From the NCBI GenBank assembly GCA_002245135.1, contig NGBS01000882.1, positions 124,001-188,000 of the forward strand: a DNA stretch of 64,000 nt, given 5' to 3'. The stretch is from Proteromonas lacertae (lineage: Eukaryota). Shown one piece after another: positions 14,701 to 28,201 of the stretch. Each line of letters starts with the position of its first letter. Position 1 is the stretch's first letter. Both the position numbers and the translations under genes were made by a program. The notes beneath the pieces are model-generated. The model was given only the letters and a program-made list of their open reading frames with translations, was not told the DNA's origin and did not search any database.

Positions 14701-17700
14701 AGAATTAGAAATTCCATATTCAAATTGTACTGATTTAACAGAAAAAGGTACTTATTCAAATGGTTCAATTATAAATATGTTAGACACAGTTCGTAAAAGT
14801 GGAACAGTTAATATATCAATAAGTGGATACGAATCTGATAAATTTAAAGATACTTTAAGTCATATGATTTATGATGTAAAAAATGATACACATTATAACC
14901 AAAGTATATTAATAGTAAAATTAAGAGAAGAATTGTTATTTGAAAAAGTTAGATTCAGATTATTAGATGATAATATATATAGTGATGATAATAAACTAAA
15001 AATGTCAATATTAATAAGTCCAGCTCCAAAACTAGTTCCTATATATAGTAATAATGGATTAAAAGTGTATAGAGTTCCATTGAATTATACAATACTTAAG
15101 AATGATGCAAATAAATACATAATCAAAGCCAATTTAACCTGTACAAGTAATACAACAGATAGAATGAATAATATAAATACAACAAAGACAATAGATGGTG
15201 TCTATTGGGGATATAAAGCTGATGATGACATTCATAAAGTAATTAGTTATATAAGTTACAATGAGACATTATGTGATGATCCTTATGGTACAAAAAATGA
15301 TCAAATAGTGAATTGTCGAAATAAATATGCTTATGATTTTGATTGTAAAATGAAAGACGATATGACAAGAGTTGATTTAACTGATTATAAAGAAATCAAA
15401 CTATCAAGTCAGAATGTTACTAACAAGAAATTTACTTGGGTTGGATTTGGTGAAATATTATATAATAATGGATGGACAACAAATAATGATGCCACTACAG
15501 AATTTGAATTTCGATGTTATCATGGAGATAAGACTGATGAATATTATAGTAATTTAACATATTATAAAGCCAAAGTATCATTTAGTAATGCAGACTATAT
15601 AACTCCAAATATTATAAACTTCACTCCAAAAGATGTTAATATAACAATTGATGATACATTAAATCCAAAAACCTTACAAGAAGGAGATATTTGTTTCTTA
15701 TTATCTACAAGAGAAGGTAAGGCAATAGAATTAGTTACAAAGAATCCTGTAAAACCTTCATCACCTAGTGGAGTAGATGATTGTGATGCTTGTAATGTAT
15801 TTTATTATGATACAATCCGAGATGAATATTATATAAAAGAAATATATCTTCATCGAATTCAAAGTAATTATACCGAATTCCCACAAGGTGTTTATACGAA
15901 TAATACAATTATATTTAGTTATGGAATAATAGATGGAGTATTATCTAATTATTACGAATATTCATATTATAACTTATTAAAACCAACCAATAAATCTTCA
16001 ATTCCTGAATTACGAAAAGTAATAAAACCCACAAATATAATCGAATTATCATTAAGTCGACCAGATCCAACTGATTTGAAGAAACGAAAAGTGTATTATA
16101 AAGAAATCACTCAAATCTTATCAGTGGAAGAAAAAGACGAAATGTTTAATATTTCATCATATCCACCATTTTTACCATTACAAAAGATGTTTAATGAAGT
16201 TAAAAAATTGCCAAATGATACAGAAACAAATTTTGATTATAGTGTAGCAATTATAATAACACATGTTGTGTTACCAAACAGTGATTGTAATTATGAAACA
16301 AAAATATGTAAACATTATTTATTGAATCTTAATTTACCAATTGAAGGTGGAAATGTAGTAATTAGTAAAGATAATGAAGTAATTGGATCAGGAAATGTAT
16401 TGTCTTATAAGAGTATATATCCACAAGTATGTTATATTCAATACAAATTTAACGATGAAGAAAAATATGATGGTGAAAAGTTCTATAAGGCATTTAATTA
16501 TACAGAATATGATTATAAGATCAGTTCAACTCGAAATGATTTATCACTTTATACTGAATCAAAAGTAATAGATGTAACAGATGATTCAGGTAATCCTACT
16601 AAGACTACAATCCAGTGGAATAATTATGGTAAATCAATCGAATTAATGGGTTTAATTGATAATAAAGAAATCTCAATGTTATGTTATACACCTCCTCAAA
16701 CACAAATATCAGAAGATATTGAAGCAATCGAATATAAAGCAACAATTACCTTATATAAAGAAGATATTCGATTTGAATTTAATAGTAATAAACCTTCAGT
16801 GGGTGATGTCTGCTTTTTAACTGTTAATGGAAAAGGTGAAAAAATGACAGTAAAAGATATGGAAGCTTCTACATTCTTCGTTGAAAAAGATGGAAAAGTA
16901 TATTATAAATATGTTGGAGAAGATAATGTAACTGTTACTACAACCACAACTACCACTATAACTAATGAAGTGAATGTAACAGTAACGAATGAAGTAATAA
17001 CAGCTGGTGGAAATATCTTTAAACAAATGCAAGAGATATATAATGATGATGATGAAGAAATACAGCCAGATACACCAACTCAACCACCAGATAATAAATT
17101 TTCACTTAATTTTGCTGTTCCATTACCACAAGATGAAAAGAAAGAATTAGTAATATCCAAAATAGAAATAGATAAATGGATGAAAGTGCAAATCTATAAA
17201 GGAACAGTAAAACAGTTAGAAAGTACAGTAAAAATCACCACTATTGTAAGAACAATAGATCATTTTGTGATAGTAAAGATAGCTCCTGAAATTAACTTGA
17301 ATTTAGAAGATAATCGAATGAGAAGAAGATCAAGAAGAAGAAGAAGAAGAATTTTAGCTGATGATAATTATATTGTAATAATAACACTTGATATAGAATC
17401 TCCATCACTTAGTACTGATCAAATATTAATACCATATAATGGTGAATTAAATTTAAATAAAGAAGGTGGATTATTGTTTTGTACTAACTTAAATAATGGT
17501 GAGAAAGGATTGTTAGATGTAACTAGTTATTATAAATATAATGATCAACAGATGATGTATGTAAAATTTGATTTTAAAGTAGCAAGTGATCCAACTACAT
17601 TATCCTGTCAAGTTGCATTTAAACGAAATGATTTATCATTATACACCAGTTCAATTGTAGAAGAATTTAATAAAACTTATAGTGATGGTAGAAGTGATAC

Positions 17701-19027
17701 ACATCATTTCAAAGTTGTTTGGAAAGGATATGGTAAGGCATTTCAAGAGTTAATAAATCCACTTCTTTTACCTAGAACAGATTTGCAGGAATTGAAAATG
17801 CTATGTTTTCATCCAAATGGAGGTGATGATGATGCAAATGATTATAAATTACGTCAGTTTTATACTCAAATTGCTAGTATAAGTAGTGATTTGGAGATTC
17901 ATTTTTATGAAGGTGAAAATGGCGATCTAATGCAAGCAAAAGATGCAGATAATACTAATGATCATACTCGAAATAGTGATGGAAGTTTAAGAGTTGGAGA
18001 TATTTGTTATCCAATGAATAAAATAATTACTGATGATGAACAGAATGGATATACAAGTAGAATTCAGTATATTGAAGACGTAAGTCAACTTGATGCTGCT
18101 AAATATTTTGAATATAAAAAAGATGATGATGATAGTGATAATGGAGAATGGTATTATAAGACAGTAGATACTTCTAATGAAACAGAATCAACAATAACAT
18201 CTGAAGGACCACAAATTATGTATAATAAAGATAAGTCTGAAGAAGTATTAGATCAATACAACAAAACGAAAGAGATTTTAGTTATAATATCTGATGATGA
18301 AGCTGGTGGTGTATTTAAAATGAAAATATCAAATGGAATGATACTTGAAATATATATAAAAGGTACAAAGGGAGGAGTAGAAGGATATGAAAAACGATTT
18401 ATTGGTCAAATTGCAAGTATTAGAAGTGGAACTAAAGAAAATGAATTATTAATAACAACAATTGAAGATTTCTCAGATTTTCCAACAAACACAACAAATA
18501 GAAGAATATTAAAAGAAAATGAAGTAAGAGGAAGAATGATGGCAAATAATGTAATTAGTAATATTGCTGTAGCAATAACATTAAGAGAGAATTTAGTAAG
18601 CTCAAAATTAGCAGAATGTAGTGGTAATGGTTTTTGTGATAGAAAAACAGGAAAATGTGAATGTTATAATGGATTTACAGGAATAGCCTGCCAAAGATTA
18701 GATTGTCCAAATAATTGTAATAAACGTGGAAGATGTGTTCCTCTGAAAGAATTATTATCTGGAAATGGCTTAGAAGGATATGAAGGTTTTGAAACTAAAG
18801 ATGATAGTGTATTTGGTTGTTTATGTGATAAAGGATATCGTGGATATGATTGTAGTTTGATTGAATGTCCATCTGGTGAAGATTATATGGAAGGAAGTAA
18901 TATGGATGAAGAAGATGAACAAAGAGATTGTAGTGGAAGAGGTATTTGTGATTATACAACTGGTACTTGTGAATGTTTTAGTGGATTTAGTGGTGAAGGA
19001 TGTCAATATTATCAGATTTTAGGTTGA
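8780..19027 (+). CDS. Giant secreted EGF-like protein of stramenopile mastigoneme (Sig/Ocm) type with ~8 internal repeats; many frameshifts at 9.5-13.3 kb
   Basis: Signal peptide, then CPNDCSGNGQC...GYTGADCSE(intron)VCPVG. C-terminal ECSGNGFCDRKTGKCEC...CPNNCNKRGRC...CDKGYRGYDCSLIECPSGED...RDCSGRGICDYTTGTCECFSGFSGEGCQ. The same repeat motifs run across all ORF fragments. Confidence 0.75.
9400..18160 (+). repeat. About 8 diverged tandem coding repeats of ~1.1-1.3 kb
   Basis: C/F-Y-H motif recurs near 9646, 10720, 11783, 12942, 14215, 15513, 16681 and 17802, each followed by GD.C(Y/F). Near-identical DNA at ~10393 and ~11481 (ggatatga.ggaacaacatatagttatattagttt.gataa). Confidence 0.85.
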
Positions 19028-19119
19028 AAATAGAAGGAATGACAAATTGTAATATAATTATTGTTTTTATTATTATATTATATTATTGCTTATTTAATAT
19101 TTTGTTTGTTTATTACCAT

Positions 19120-21055
19120 TTAATAGTCATTTAGCAAACTGATCATATAATCTGTAAATTGCAATTTCCCTATTATCGAGTTGATTGTCTTTTTAGTCAT
19201 TACTGGAGCATCTTTAGGATTTAAACTTAATTCAACTTTTGTCTTTCCTTCAGCTGAACTTAATTTATCATCATTATTCATCATCTGGAGCATTTTCATA
19301 TTGTTTCTTCAATAAAATAATCTTATTCTTTATAACTTCTAATAATGGTTCAATATATAATCCTTTGTAATTGTGAGGATCATTATTATAATTAAACTAA
19401 ATTAAATAAAAACAACAATAATACATCTGAAAATTTCAATATTGCTCTGTAATATGCTAAACATGAATTTATTCTTTCATAATAAGTGTCAATTTCTTCA
19501 TAACTATACAAATTATATCATAATACTAAACATACTGTGAAAATATTCTATCAAATAAATCAAATTTATGTTCATTCAAAAATAAACTCTCAACTTTCTT
19601 TTCTTTAGAATGTTGAATAAAATAATGTTGAATTTTTGATATAAAATATGATGAAACAGTATCTGAAGTTGATAGAGATACAGCGATTTGATATAAGATA
19701 ACATAAAGATCATTACTATGAATTTTCTTTAAGATATTATCTAAAATTGTATTAAGTTCTCTTCTCTTATCATCACTACTAATTTGTTCCATTAAATGAA
19801 CATAAACTTTTAAGAAATTTGAGAAATCTATTTGTAATTACTATAATAATTTAGTCATACAATATCTATCATCACTATCTTGAAGGGATAATGGTTGTAA
19901 ACTGATTGAATCACTTTCAATCCTTACAAAGAAATTATCTATTAATAACAAACCATTTTCATATGTCTATTACATTTATATATTGATTACAATATGATAA
20001 CATACTTTTAACTCTTTAAAATAAACAGTTATATAATAAATAAACATATGAAACATTTCAGTGGTTGATAAAACTTGAGGTAATTGTAAACTGATCATTG
20101 ATTGGTTATCTTTATATTGTACAAAATATGTAAAAACAATATAAGCCAATCCTTTATCACAGATACTTTCATAATCATCAGATTTTATTTCATTTGCATC
20201 TTCACCATATAATAATCGATAAATCTATTAATAATAATAACAATTTAAATATATTATTATCATACATTTCTTCCTCTGTGACACATTTCATTTTGTATAA
20301 ACAAATAATAATTAATATTATATTTTGGTAATATTTCAATTACTTTATCAAATATATTGTAATCATTAATTTCAAAACATTTTTCACATCCTGTTAATAT
20401 CATTTCAATCATTTTAGTTTTCTAATATAAAAATATAATAATATTTATATACTAATTGTAAAGTCTTAGATTCTGATGGATGATTTATACCTTCCAATAA
20501 AATGATAATTATTTTGCTAAAATATCTCAAATCTTCACGAATTGATTCTACTGACGAATCTTGAAATAAGGATGTTCTTAAATAATCATCAATGTCATCA
20601 TACACTTGTGTTCTTGTTTTACCAACTCTAGTTGCAGCTATTGTCATTGCTCTTATTAATAAAAAACGATTTCTTCTATTTAATGAACTTAGTAATGCTT
20701 TTCCTTGAAATAAAAACACTATTGGATCTCCTACTGAACCCATTGAAAGTATTGTTTCTTTTACTGATTTGTATTTATTTTCATCATCTAAATACTTCAA
20801 TATATCAGGTAAAAGAACAACAGCATCTTCTAAGAACTTTTTCTGTAAAAATGAGATAGAACACTGAATATAATATACATCAGAACTTAAGCAGGTCAAA
20901 AAGAATTCAAAATCCTCATCAGATATATCAGGAGTAAGACAAGGCAGTAAATTGGTAATTGCATCAGGAATGAGTCCCTAGATAAGATATATTGTGCATT
21001 TTTGTACTCTTTGAGAAATATATATTTCTGTTAACTCTTGGATGTTGTTAGACAT
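19120..21055 (-). CDS. Hypothetical alpha-helical protein, multi-exon
   Basis: ATG at 21055 (MSNNIQELTEIY), ORF pieces 20414-20899 and 19526-19792 separated by short GT-AG introns, stop at 19120; no recognised motif. Confidence 0.55.
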
Positions 21056-21177
21056 TCTAAAAATGCAAAAATAAAAAGTGAATGAATCAAGCCTAAATAA
21101 TTGTTTGAATGACATTTACTGTGAAAGGAATGTTAATTTTTGAAAATGCAAATAAAAATTTATCATAAAACTATTAT

Positions 21178-22857
21178 TTAATTAGAAGGTAAAGTAAACG
21201 TCGATCTCTTACCAGATTTAAATCCAAAACAATCAAATACCAGCTCCTTCTTTGTATTAATAATAATTTTTGTACTAAGAATCTCATCTTTAATCAATTC
21301 ATTTATAGAAAATTCAAAAAGTGGTTTAAAATCACCTTCATTTTCTTCATATCCTTTAAATAAAACATTACATCCTTCACCCACTTTAATACTCTATAAT
21401 AATAAAATCAATATTCAATATACAATTTCTTTCATTATAGGAATTGGTGTTTTCTTATTGAATAATAAAATTTTCTTATCATTACCATCTAAATAAATAG
21501 ATTTTGATAAACATGGTATAGATGATAAGTGATTAACATTATAATTATATTTCTGTATTTTAACTTCTATTCCACAACCATATGATACTAATTCTTCAGG
21601 AGAGGCTTGATCTTTAACTTGATTCTCTGAAAATAATTTTGAAATTGATAATTTAATTGAATTGATTCTATAACCACCTCCACATGGAATTACACCTTTA
21701 ATACTGTCAATTTGTATGTTTTCTTCAGTTAGAAAGTCATATATAAAAGTAGATAATCTATTTAACAAGAAATAAATATTTATTATTATTTATATATTGA
21801 TACTTTGTTAATTGTGATTGTATTAATACATCAAACCTTGTGCTTGACAATTGAGTAGTGAAATCAACACCATCAGCAAGTGATTCGATAGAAATCTAAA
21901 ATAAAATATTTAAAATAATAATACATAATATATATTTGATGATGATAAACTATATCTCGCCTCTTTTGCATATTTCAACAATTTTTTCATTGCTTTTTTA
22001 TTGGTTGTTTTTATTTCAATTGCTCCTCGATATTTCCTCTGGAATTCATCAGCTAAATGATCAGCGATTATTAAATCAATATATTTACAACCGATGTTAT
22101 ATATGTTTTTATATTTTAATATTTTTATTATTCCATTTTCATAGTTTAATAAACTACAAGTACATCTTGTTCCACCAATATCTATTATTAAATAATTACC
22201 ATTATTTTCTTCATTGCTATTGCTATTATTATTATTTTTGTCAATATATGAGAGTAGAACAGCTGTTGGTTCTTTAATGAATGAGAGTAAATTAAAACCT
22301 GCAGATTTAATACATTCTTTTAGAAAATCACATTCTTTATCTGTGTATTCTACTGGAACTGAAAATACTAATTCTTTTAGATTTGCACCTGCATTTGCAT
22401 CAATTACAGATTTCAAGTATTTGAGATAGTTTGTGTAAGCTTGTTTGAGTGTGTAGTTTATTTTTTGGTCATTTTTTGTTACTGCAAATGTAATATTACC
22501 GTCATTGTCTGTTATCATTGATGATGGCAAGAATTGTTTTAGATTTGGATCTAACTCATTTTCTTTTTGATGTAATAATCTTTTAAAGGAAAATATTGCA
22601 TTTATTGAATCACGAATTAATGAATTTTCAGCCGTTACGCCAAAAGAACCTGATCCTTCACTGTAAGACATAACTGTCGGTAAATTATATAAAATTAAAG
22701 AAGCTTGATATAAGATAAAATAAAAAAGATATCATCTTTCACCATCAGCATCATGTAACATTGTTGGTTCGCTTGATTCCTCAGTATTAATAAATACTTT
22801 ACAATATTCATTACCAAAATCAATACCGCAACCAGGTGTATATGTTTTTGAGTCCAT
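21178..22857 (-). CDS. HSPA14: Atypical Hsp70, Ssz1/HSPA14-like (ribosome-associated complex)
   Basis: GIDFGNEY, FSFKRLL, LVFSVP, AGFNLLSFIKEPTAVLLSY, IIDIGG, VIPCGGGYRI, PEELVSYGCGIE; short C-terminus with no lid or EEVD. Confidence 0.75.
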
Positions 22858-22937
22858 TACTTCTCTATTTAGTCAGAAAAAAGAAATGTGTATTTATTCA
22901 AGCTTCGAGCTTTGCTTCATTGTTTTTTGAATAAATA

Positions 22938-24478
22938 ATGGATTCTATCCCTTCAGATAATGATGAAATAAGCCCAGAAGTTTCATTATTAGGAAAGAAA
23001 GGCAGAAGACTAAGAAGCACACCTCATAAACCAATTGCTCAAAAGAAGAAATCTTATAAGAAATACCTTATTTTATTATGCATTGCCAATTTCTTCAATT
23101 ACACAGGATATTCAGCTTTGTCACCAAATCTAACAGCAATAGCAAAAGATTTCAATATGTCAACAGAAGAAAGGGATAGAAAGTTAGGAAGAGATTTAAA
23201 CACTGTCTATTTGTTAATAAGTGCACCAGTAACATTTTTGATCACATATGCAGCCGATAAGATGAATCGTAAATATCTCTTTGCTTGGAACACATTTATA
23301 TGTCAATTATCAGGTATTTTAACAGGTTGTGTGACAAGCTACACACAGTTATTCCTCTGTCGTGGATTGGGAGGTATAACAATGGGAGCTGCAATGCCGA
23401 ATTATGTTTTCACTTTTAGGTGATTTATTCTCTAATAATTCACGATCGAAAGCTTCAGCCTTAGCCTCTGTAGTAATGGGAATGGGAATGTTATTTGGCC
23501 AAGTAATCAGTGGTTTAATAGGTCAATATTGGGGATGGAAAAGTCCATTTTTATTATGTTCAATACCTGGTGCTTTAGTCAGTTTACTTGCTTTTAGTAT
23601 ATATATTATTATTATTATTATTATTATTATAGAGATGGAACCACCTCCACGTGGTGCTCAAGAAGATGCAGTCCAACAGAACAATAATGATCGATGAAGA
23701 GGTTGATTATGGTGGAACTATGAATTTACAGACATTTTCTAGTATTTTTAAAATTCCTAGTAACAACATATGTATATATATATATATATTATTAATAATT
23801 ATCATCTTCATTAATAGTATTCCTTCAAGGCATTCCTGGTTGTATTCCATGGGGAGTAATCTATGTATATTTACCTGATTATTTAGTACAAGAAACTTCA
23901 CTCAATATGAACCAAGCCACGATCATTGTGATATTATTTGGAGTTGGAGCTACACTTGGTAGTGTATTAGGTGGATGTTGTGGTCAAAGTGTTTATAATA
24001 GAAATAAAGTCTATTTACCTATATTTATGGGGGTTATGACCATTTTAGGAGCACCTACGATGTTGATATTGATGAAAGTGAATGTGTCATTTAAGAATTT
24101 GTATAATTGTGAAATTTTTATTGTTTAATAGTGGAAGTGTATTATTCGTCGCATTTTTGGTTATATGGACAGCTTTTGCTGTAAATATAGCCGGTACTAA
24201 TCTTAGAGCAATTCTTCTCAACGTTAATTTACCTGAAACAAGAAGTACTGTTATTTCTATTTCACAGTTTGTTAATAATATTGGAAGAGTATTAGGTCCA
24301 ATCGTCGCTAATTGGTTTTTATCATTGGGAAGAAAAACTGCATTTTCAATTCACATATTATTTTTGGTTTATAAGTGGTATTTTATTAATTATTTCTGCA
24401 TATTTTCTGAAATCGGATGAAGAAGCTCAAAAGAGAAGAGTTGCTGATAATTTAAACCATCAAAGAGAAAATGTCTGA
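22938..24478 (+). CDS. Major facilitator superfamily transporter (spinster-like); introns plus indels
   Basis: YAADKMNRKYLF motif A, LFLCRGLGGI, SLLGDLFSNNSRSKA, GWKSPFL, LLNVNLPETRST; many TM segments. Confidence 0.85.
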
Positions 24479-24571
24479 GAAATAGATTTTTTATTTATTA
24501 TTATATTGTTAGAATTTGTGTTTATTATTTGGTTAATACCAATCTTATAAAATAGTTGAGTTATAAATGTT

Positions 24572-25372
24572 TTAAAATTTGCAAGTTATATTAGCATTGA
24601 TACTGTCAAAATACACATTATCTTTATCTGGATTATGCCAAATTGCTTTATAACTTGTTGGCAGTCTTATTCCATTGATATCTTTATAATCAGATATAAC
24701 AGCAGACCAAGGGATGTATTCAGTTGCTCCATTTGGTTGAGTCTCTCCTCTATCTTTAGTATAAAACGATTCCATTTCTCCAATATCATTGAATGTGAAT
24801 GTTCCTTCAGCTGATGTGCCATACATTGAAATTTTTGCTTTTGCATGAAGATTATCAACACTTTCCCACTTTATATACGGTTGTATTGCCATTGAAGGTA
24901 TTGCTAAACACTCAGCTAAGGCAGTTACTAAACATGATTTGTCCATACTTGGACCTGTTTGATTGAAGAGGGTGAATGTGTGACATAATACACCTTTCAT
25001 ACTCCCTTTACCGTTCACATAAGAATCAAGACCATCAAATGCAAAACAGAACATGTTTGCATTAATCACCGCTAATCTGGCAGGCTCTTTTACAAAATTG
25101 TGTTGCACATAATGAATTTTCATGGGTTCTTTATTTTTATCCATCTTAAACTTTGTATCCGTGTGATCAATAATGATTGAAGACATTTTTGGAGTTCCAA
25201 TGAGTTTACAGCATTTGAAATACCTTTTCACAGGATCAGGAAGTGATGCGATATCATTTTCACTAAAGTTACCCTCTTTTAACCTCAATTCCCTTGTTAG
25301 TATGTCAGTGATGTTCTTAAACTCCTTATTTACCGATTTATAGCAGCAACAGCATGAGCAGCAACAACCCAT
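24572..25372 (-). CDS. Intron-less bacterial-type protein (DUF6544/DUF6920-like) with N-terminal MGCCCSCCCC lipidation motif
   Basis: LPDPVKRYF, QHNFVKEPARLA, DSYVNGKGSMKG, YIKWESVDNLHAKA, GTFTFNDIGEMESF, PWSA...DYK.INGIRLPT..KAIWH; family label from recall. Confidence 0.7.
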   Translation of the reverse strand: MGCCCSCCCCYKSVNKEFKNITDILTRELRLKEGNFSENDIASLPDPVKRYFKCCKLIGTPKMSSIIIDHTDTKFKMDKNKEPMKIHYVQHNFVKEPARLAVINANMFCFAFDGLDSYVNGKGSMKGVLCHTFTLFNQTGPSMDKSCLVTALAECLAIPSMAIQPYIKWESVDNLHAKAKISMYGTSAEGTFTFNDIGEMESFYTKDRGETQPNGATEYIPWSAVISDYKDINGIRLPTSYKAIWHNPDKDNVYFDSINANITCKF

Positions 25373-25497
25373 TTTTTTGACAATTGTAAACAATGATTAC
25401 AGATTCAAGTCAGTTATTTTTGTTTCAACAGTGTTTCAAAAAAATGTTTATAAATGAAGTGAAAAAAATAAAGTTATAAACTATCTAATGATTATTC

Positions 25498-26965
25498 TTA
25501 TTCGTTTGAATAATAATCATCAATGTTCTCATTATCATGTCCTTTACTTTTTGTGGATTGGTAAGCATTTCTATTCTTTAGTAAATGGCTTGGAATCCAT
25601 GAATCTCGGAAAATACAATAAATACAAACAGCTGCCATAATACCAGTTACAATATCAACTATTTGTATATATATGATAATAATTATATTATACCAGTGTA
25701 ATGCTTTCTTGCTCCAATGCAGAAATATATAAATAAACTTAAAATACCAAAATAAGCCAACTTCAACATTGTTTTACCATGTTTTGATTTTATTCTCCAA
25801 ATATCTTTGGAACACAGAAGTACCAGGCATAGTATAGAAGTATGACCGCTGAATATTAAATCACCGCAATGTGTTCCTTTACCAACTAATTGTCCCTATA
25901 AAGAATGAAAAAAAATATGAGTAATACTTGTGATAAAAGTATTTCAACAATCGTAGATGGTCTAGCTTTATCAACTAATCGGCAATGAGGTGCTGGACCA
26001 GGTAGACTTGTCCAAAAACCGACTAAACCTTTCCAAAGGATTGAAATAGTTGCCATTCTACTGAAATCAGTTAAGAATTTGTTTCTGACACTTGGACTTC
26101 TAGTGAGTATTGAAATTGCAATAATAATAGCAATTGATGATAGTAAAATGATATCACTTGTATGTTCATAGGATGAACTAAGTTCAGGTATTATATCAAA
26201 TAATCTATCAGGTAAAATATTACCAGGAACATGATAGTAATGAGTTAAATTGACTAAAGAGGTTCCAATTATTCCTGATGCAAATAATAACATGAAATTA
26301 CTACCTAACCTATAATGATCATTATGATTTTTTAAATGATACTTAAATAAATCTGGAGAAAATAAAGCTTTAAATAAAACTGGGGTTATCCAAACAATGA
26401 AAATTGAAATAATATAAAAGATGTAATTCTTAATAAACCAAATTATTGAATCTATATGACAATAATGTAGTTAAATATACCTTTAGGATCAAACAGAAGT
26501 GAAATACATTCTACCCATGAAAATAATAGAATATAATTCCACAAAACTATTACTGGACACCACCAAATATTATGCATTAATTCTGAAAAATCCATTCCTT
26601 TATTATATTCATTTTCATGTGGAGATGAGAATGGAGATATATTCACTATTTTAAAATTATGATAATAATAGTTATACAAATTGTTACTCCTTTATTATAT
26701 GGATAAGGTAATTGACTATAAGATAGAAATATAATGATTATAATTATACATTAGAAAATAAATAGGTGCAACAATAATAATGGATGTAGTGAAAGATTGA
26801 AAAATTACTTTTAAATTATTATCAATAACTGAATGAAGTGATATTTGGTATGCATATCTTATAAGCATAGTTAACCAGATCACTAATACAAATCGTCCAT
26901 AAAATGAATGAAACTGTTAATTATAACTAATTAGTAAGATATACTTTGTAGTGTGATTTAATCAT
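25498..26965 (-). CDS. Inositol-phosphorylceramide / sphingomyelin synthase family protein; multi-exon
   Basis: LPDRLFDIIP, TSLPGPAPHC, HCGDLIFSGHTS (minus strand ~25840-25872) and ARKHYT/VDIV catalytic motifs. Confidence 0.8.
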
Positions 26966-27211
26966 TACAGAACTGTATTTATTTATAATATAAGGTGGTT
27001 AATAATAGTAATTAATCTATTGGATATGTAATAGTTGAAGAAATCAGAAAAAACTTCGCAAGAACTTTCTTACAAAAAGTGATATATATTATCTCGTGTT
27101 TCTATTTTTATTGTTTTTTTTCTTATACAATCATATATAAAATAGTCAAATTTTCAAAAAAGTAAACCAATAAAACCTTTGAGAATAATATAGATTGAAA
27201 TGATTAACCTC

Positions 27212-28041
27212 TTACTCAGTCTTTTGTTTTTCTCCTTCTTTACTACCCTTCTTTGACTTCTTACTCTTTTTCATACATTTACATTTGCAGAGATACAATA
27301 ACCAATCAAATCTAGCAAAATGGTCTAAACATGTAACTGGGAAGAAAACAACATCATAGACAAAGTCTACTATTTGTTTCATTATTAATCCAAAGACGAA
27401 TGTATCAACTATGACGAAAGCTAAATATCCCAATCCATTGCTGTATAAATTGAGTGAACAGAATATATATTGCATAAGGTTGCTGAAACTACGACAAACT
27501 ATACGAAATATATAAATAATTATTATTATACAAGTGTTATTGAAGTTAATTTTGTTATACACATTCCTCATCCATAAATCATACAAATTGTTGTAAAACT
27601 TGAGCCAACTTCTTGTCAAATTTCTCCATGTTGGTCTGATGAAGTCGATTCTTAACTAATGATGACAATAACTAGAAAAAAAATACAATCATGCTATTCA
27701 CTGTCTTTAAAACTGGAACAACTCCCTTTGTATAGCTAATAAAAATGTATAAATTGATTGTGAAATATACAAGTCAGGTACAACAGTCTTTAAGTTGGGA
27801 AACCAGGATGATGGCATCTAAGGCAATAAAATCATCGCAAATATATACGCCATATCTATCTTTCTGCTTACATTGCACTTTGGCATTCTTGATGCTTTTA
27901 GCATCGAACTATAGAAATTACTAATTAATATATACAGGGTTGAGTGCATAAATGCATGGAAGAGCAAAGAGGACCAAGAAAATCAAAAATTTATCTATAA
28001 AATAATAAAGGAAAATGCATAACAAGAAGAATACAGTTCAT
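27212..28041 (-). CDS. Hypothetical membrane protein, multi-exon
   Basis: ATG at 28041, hydrophobic N-terminus, short GT-AG introns, TM segment GLGYLAFVIVDTFVFGLI, Lys-rich tail. Confidence 0.5.
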
Positions 28042-28201
28042 TCTCGAAAATTAGAAAAGTTTGATACAAGTTCGACTAATTCATAATTATTTTGCATTTT
28101 CTCATTTGCATGAAGAAACAGTATATTAACATCACTAAAAACATACTATAAATAATAATAACAATAAATATTAATCAAATTTCCTTCCTTTCTGAAACTG
28201 C

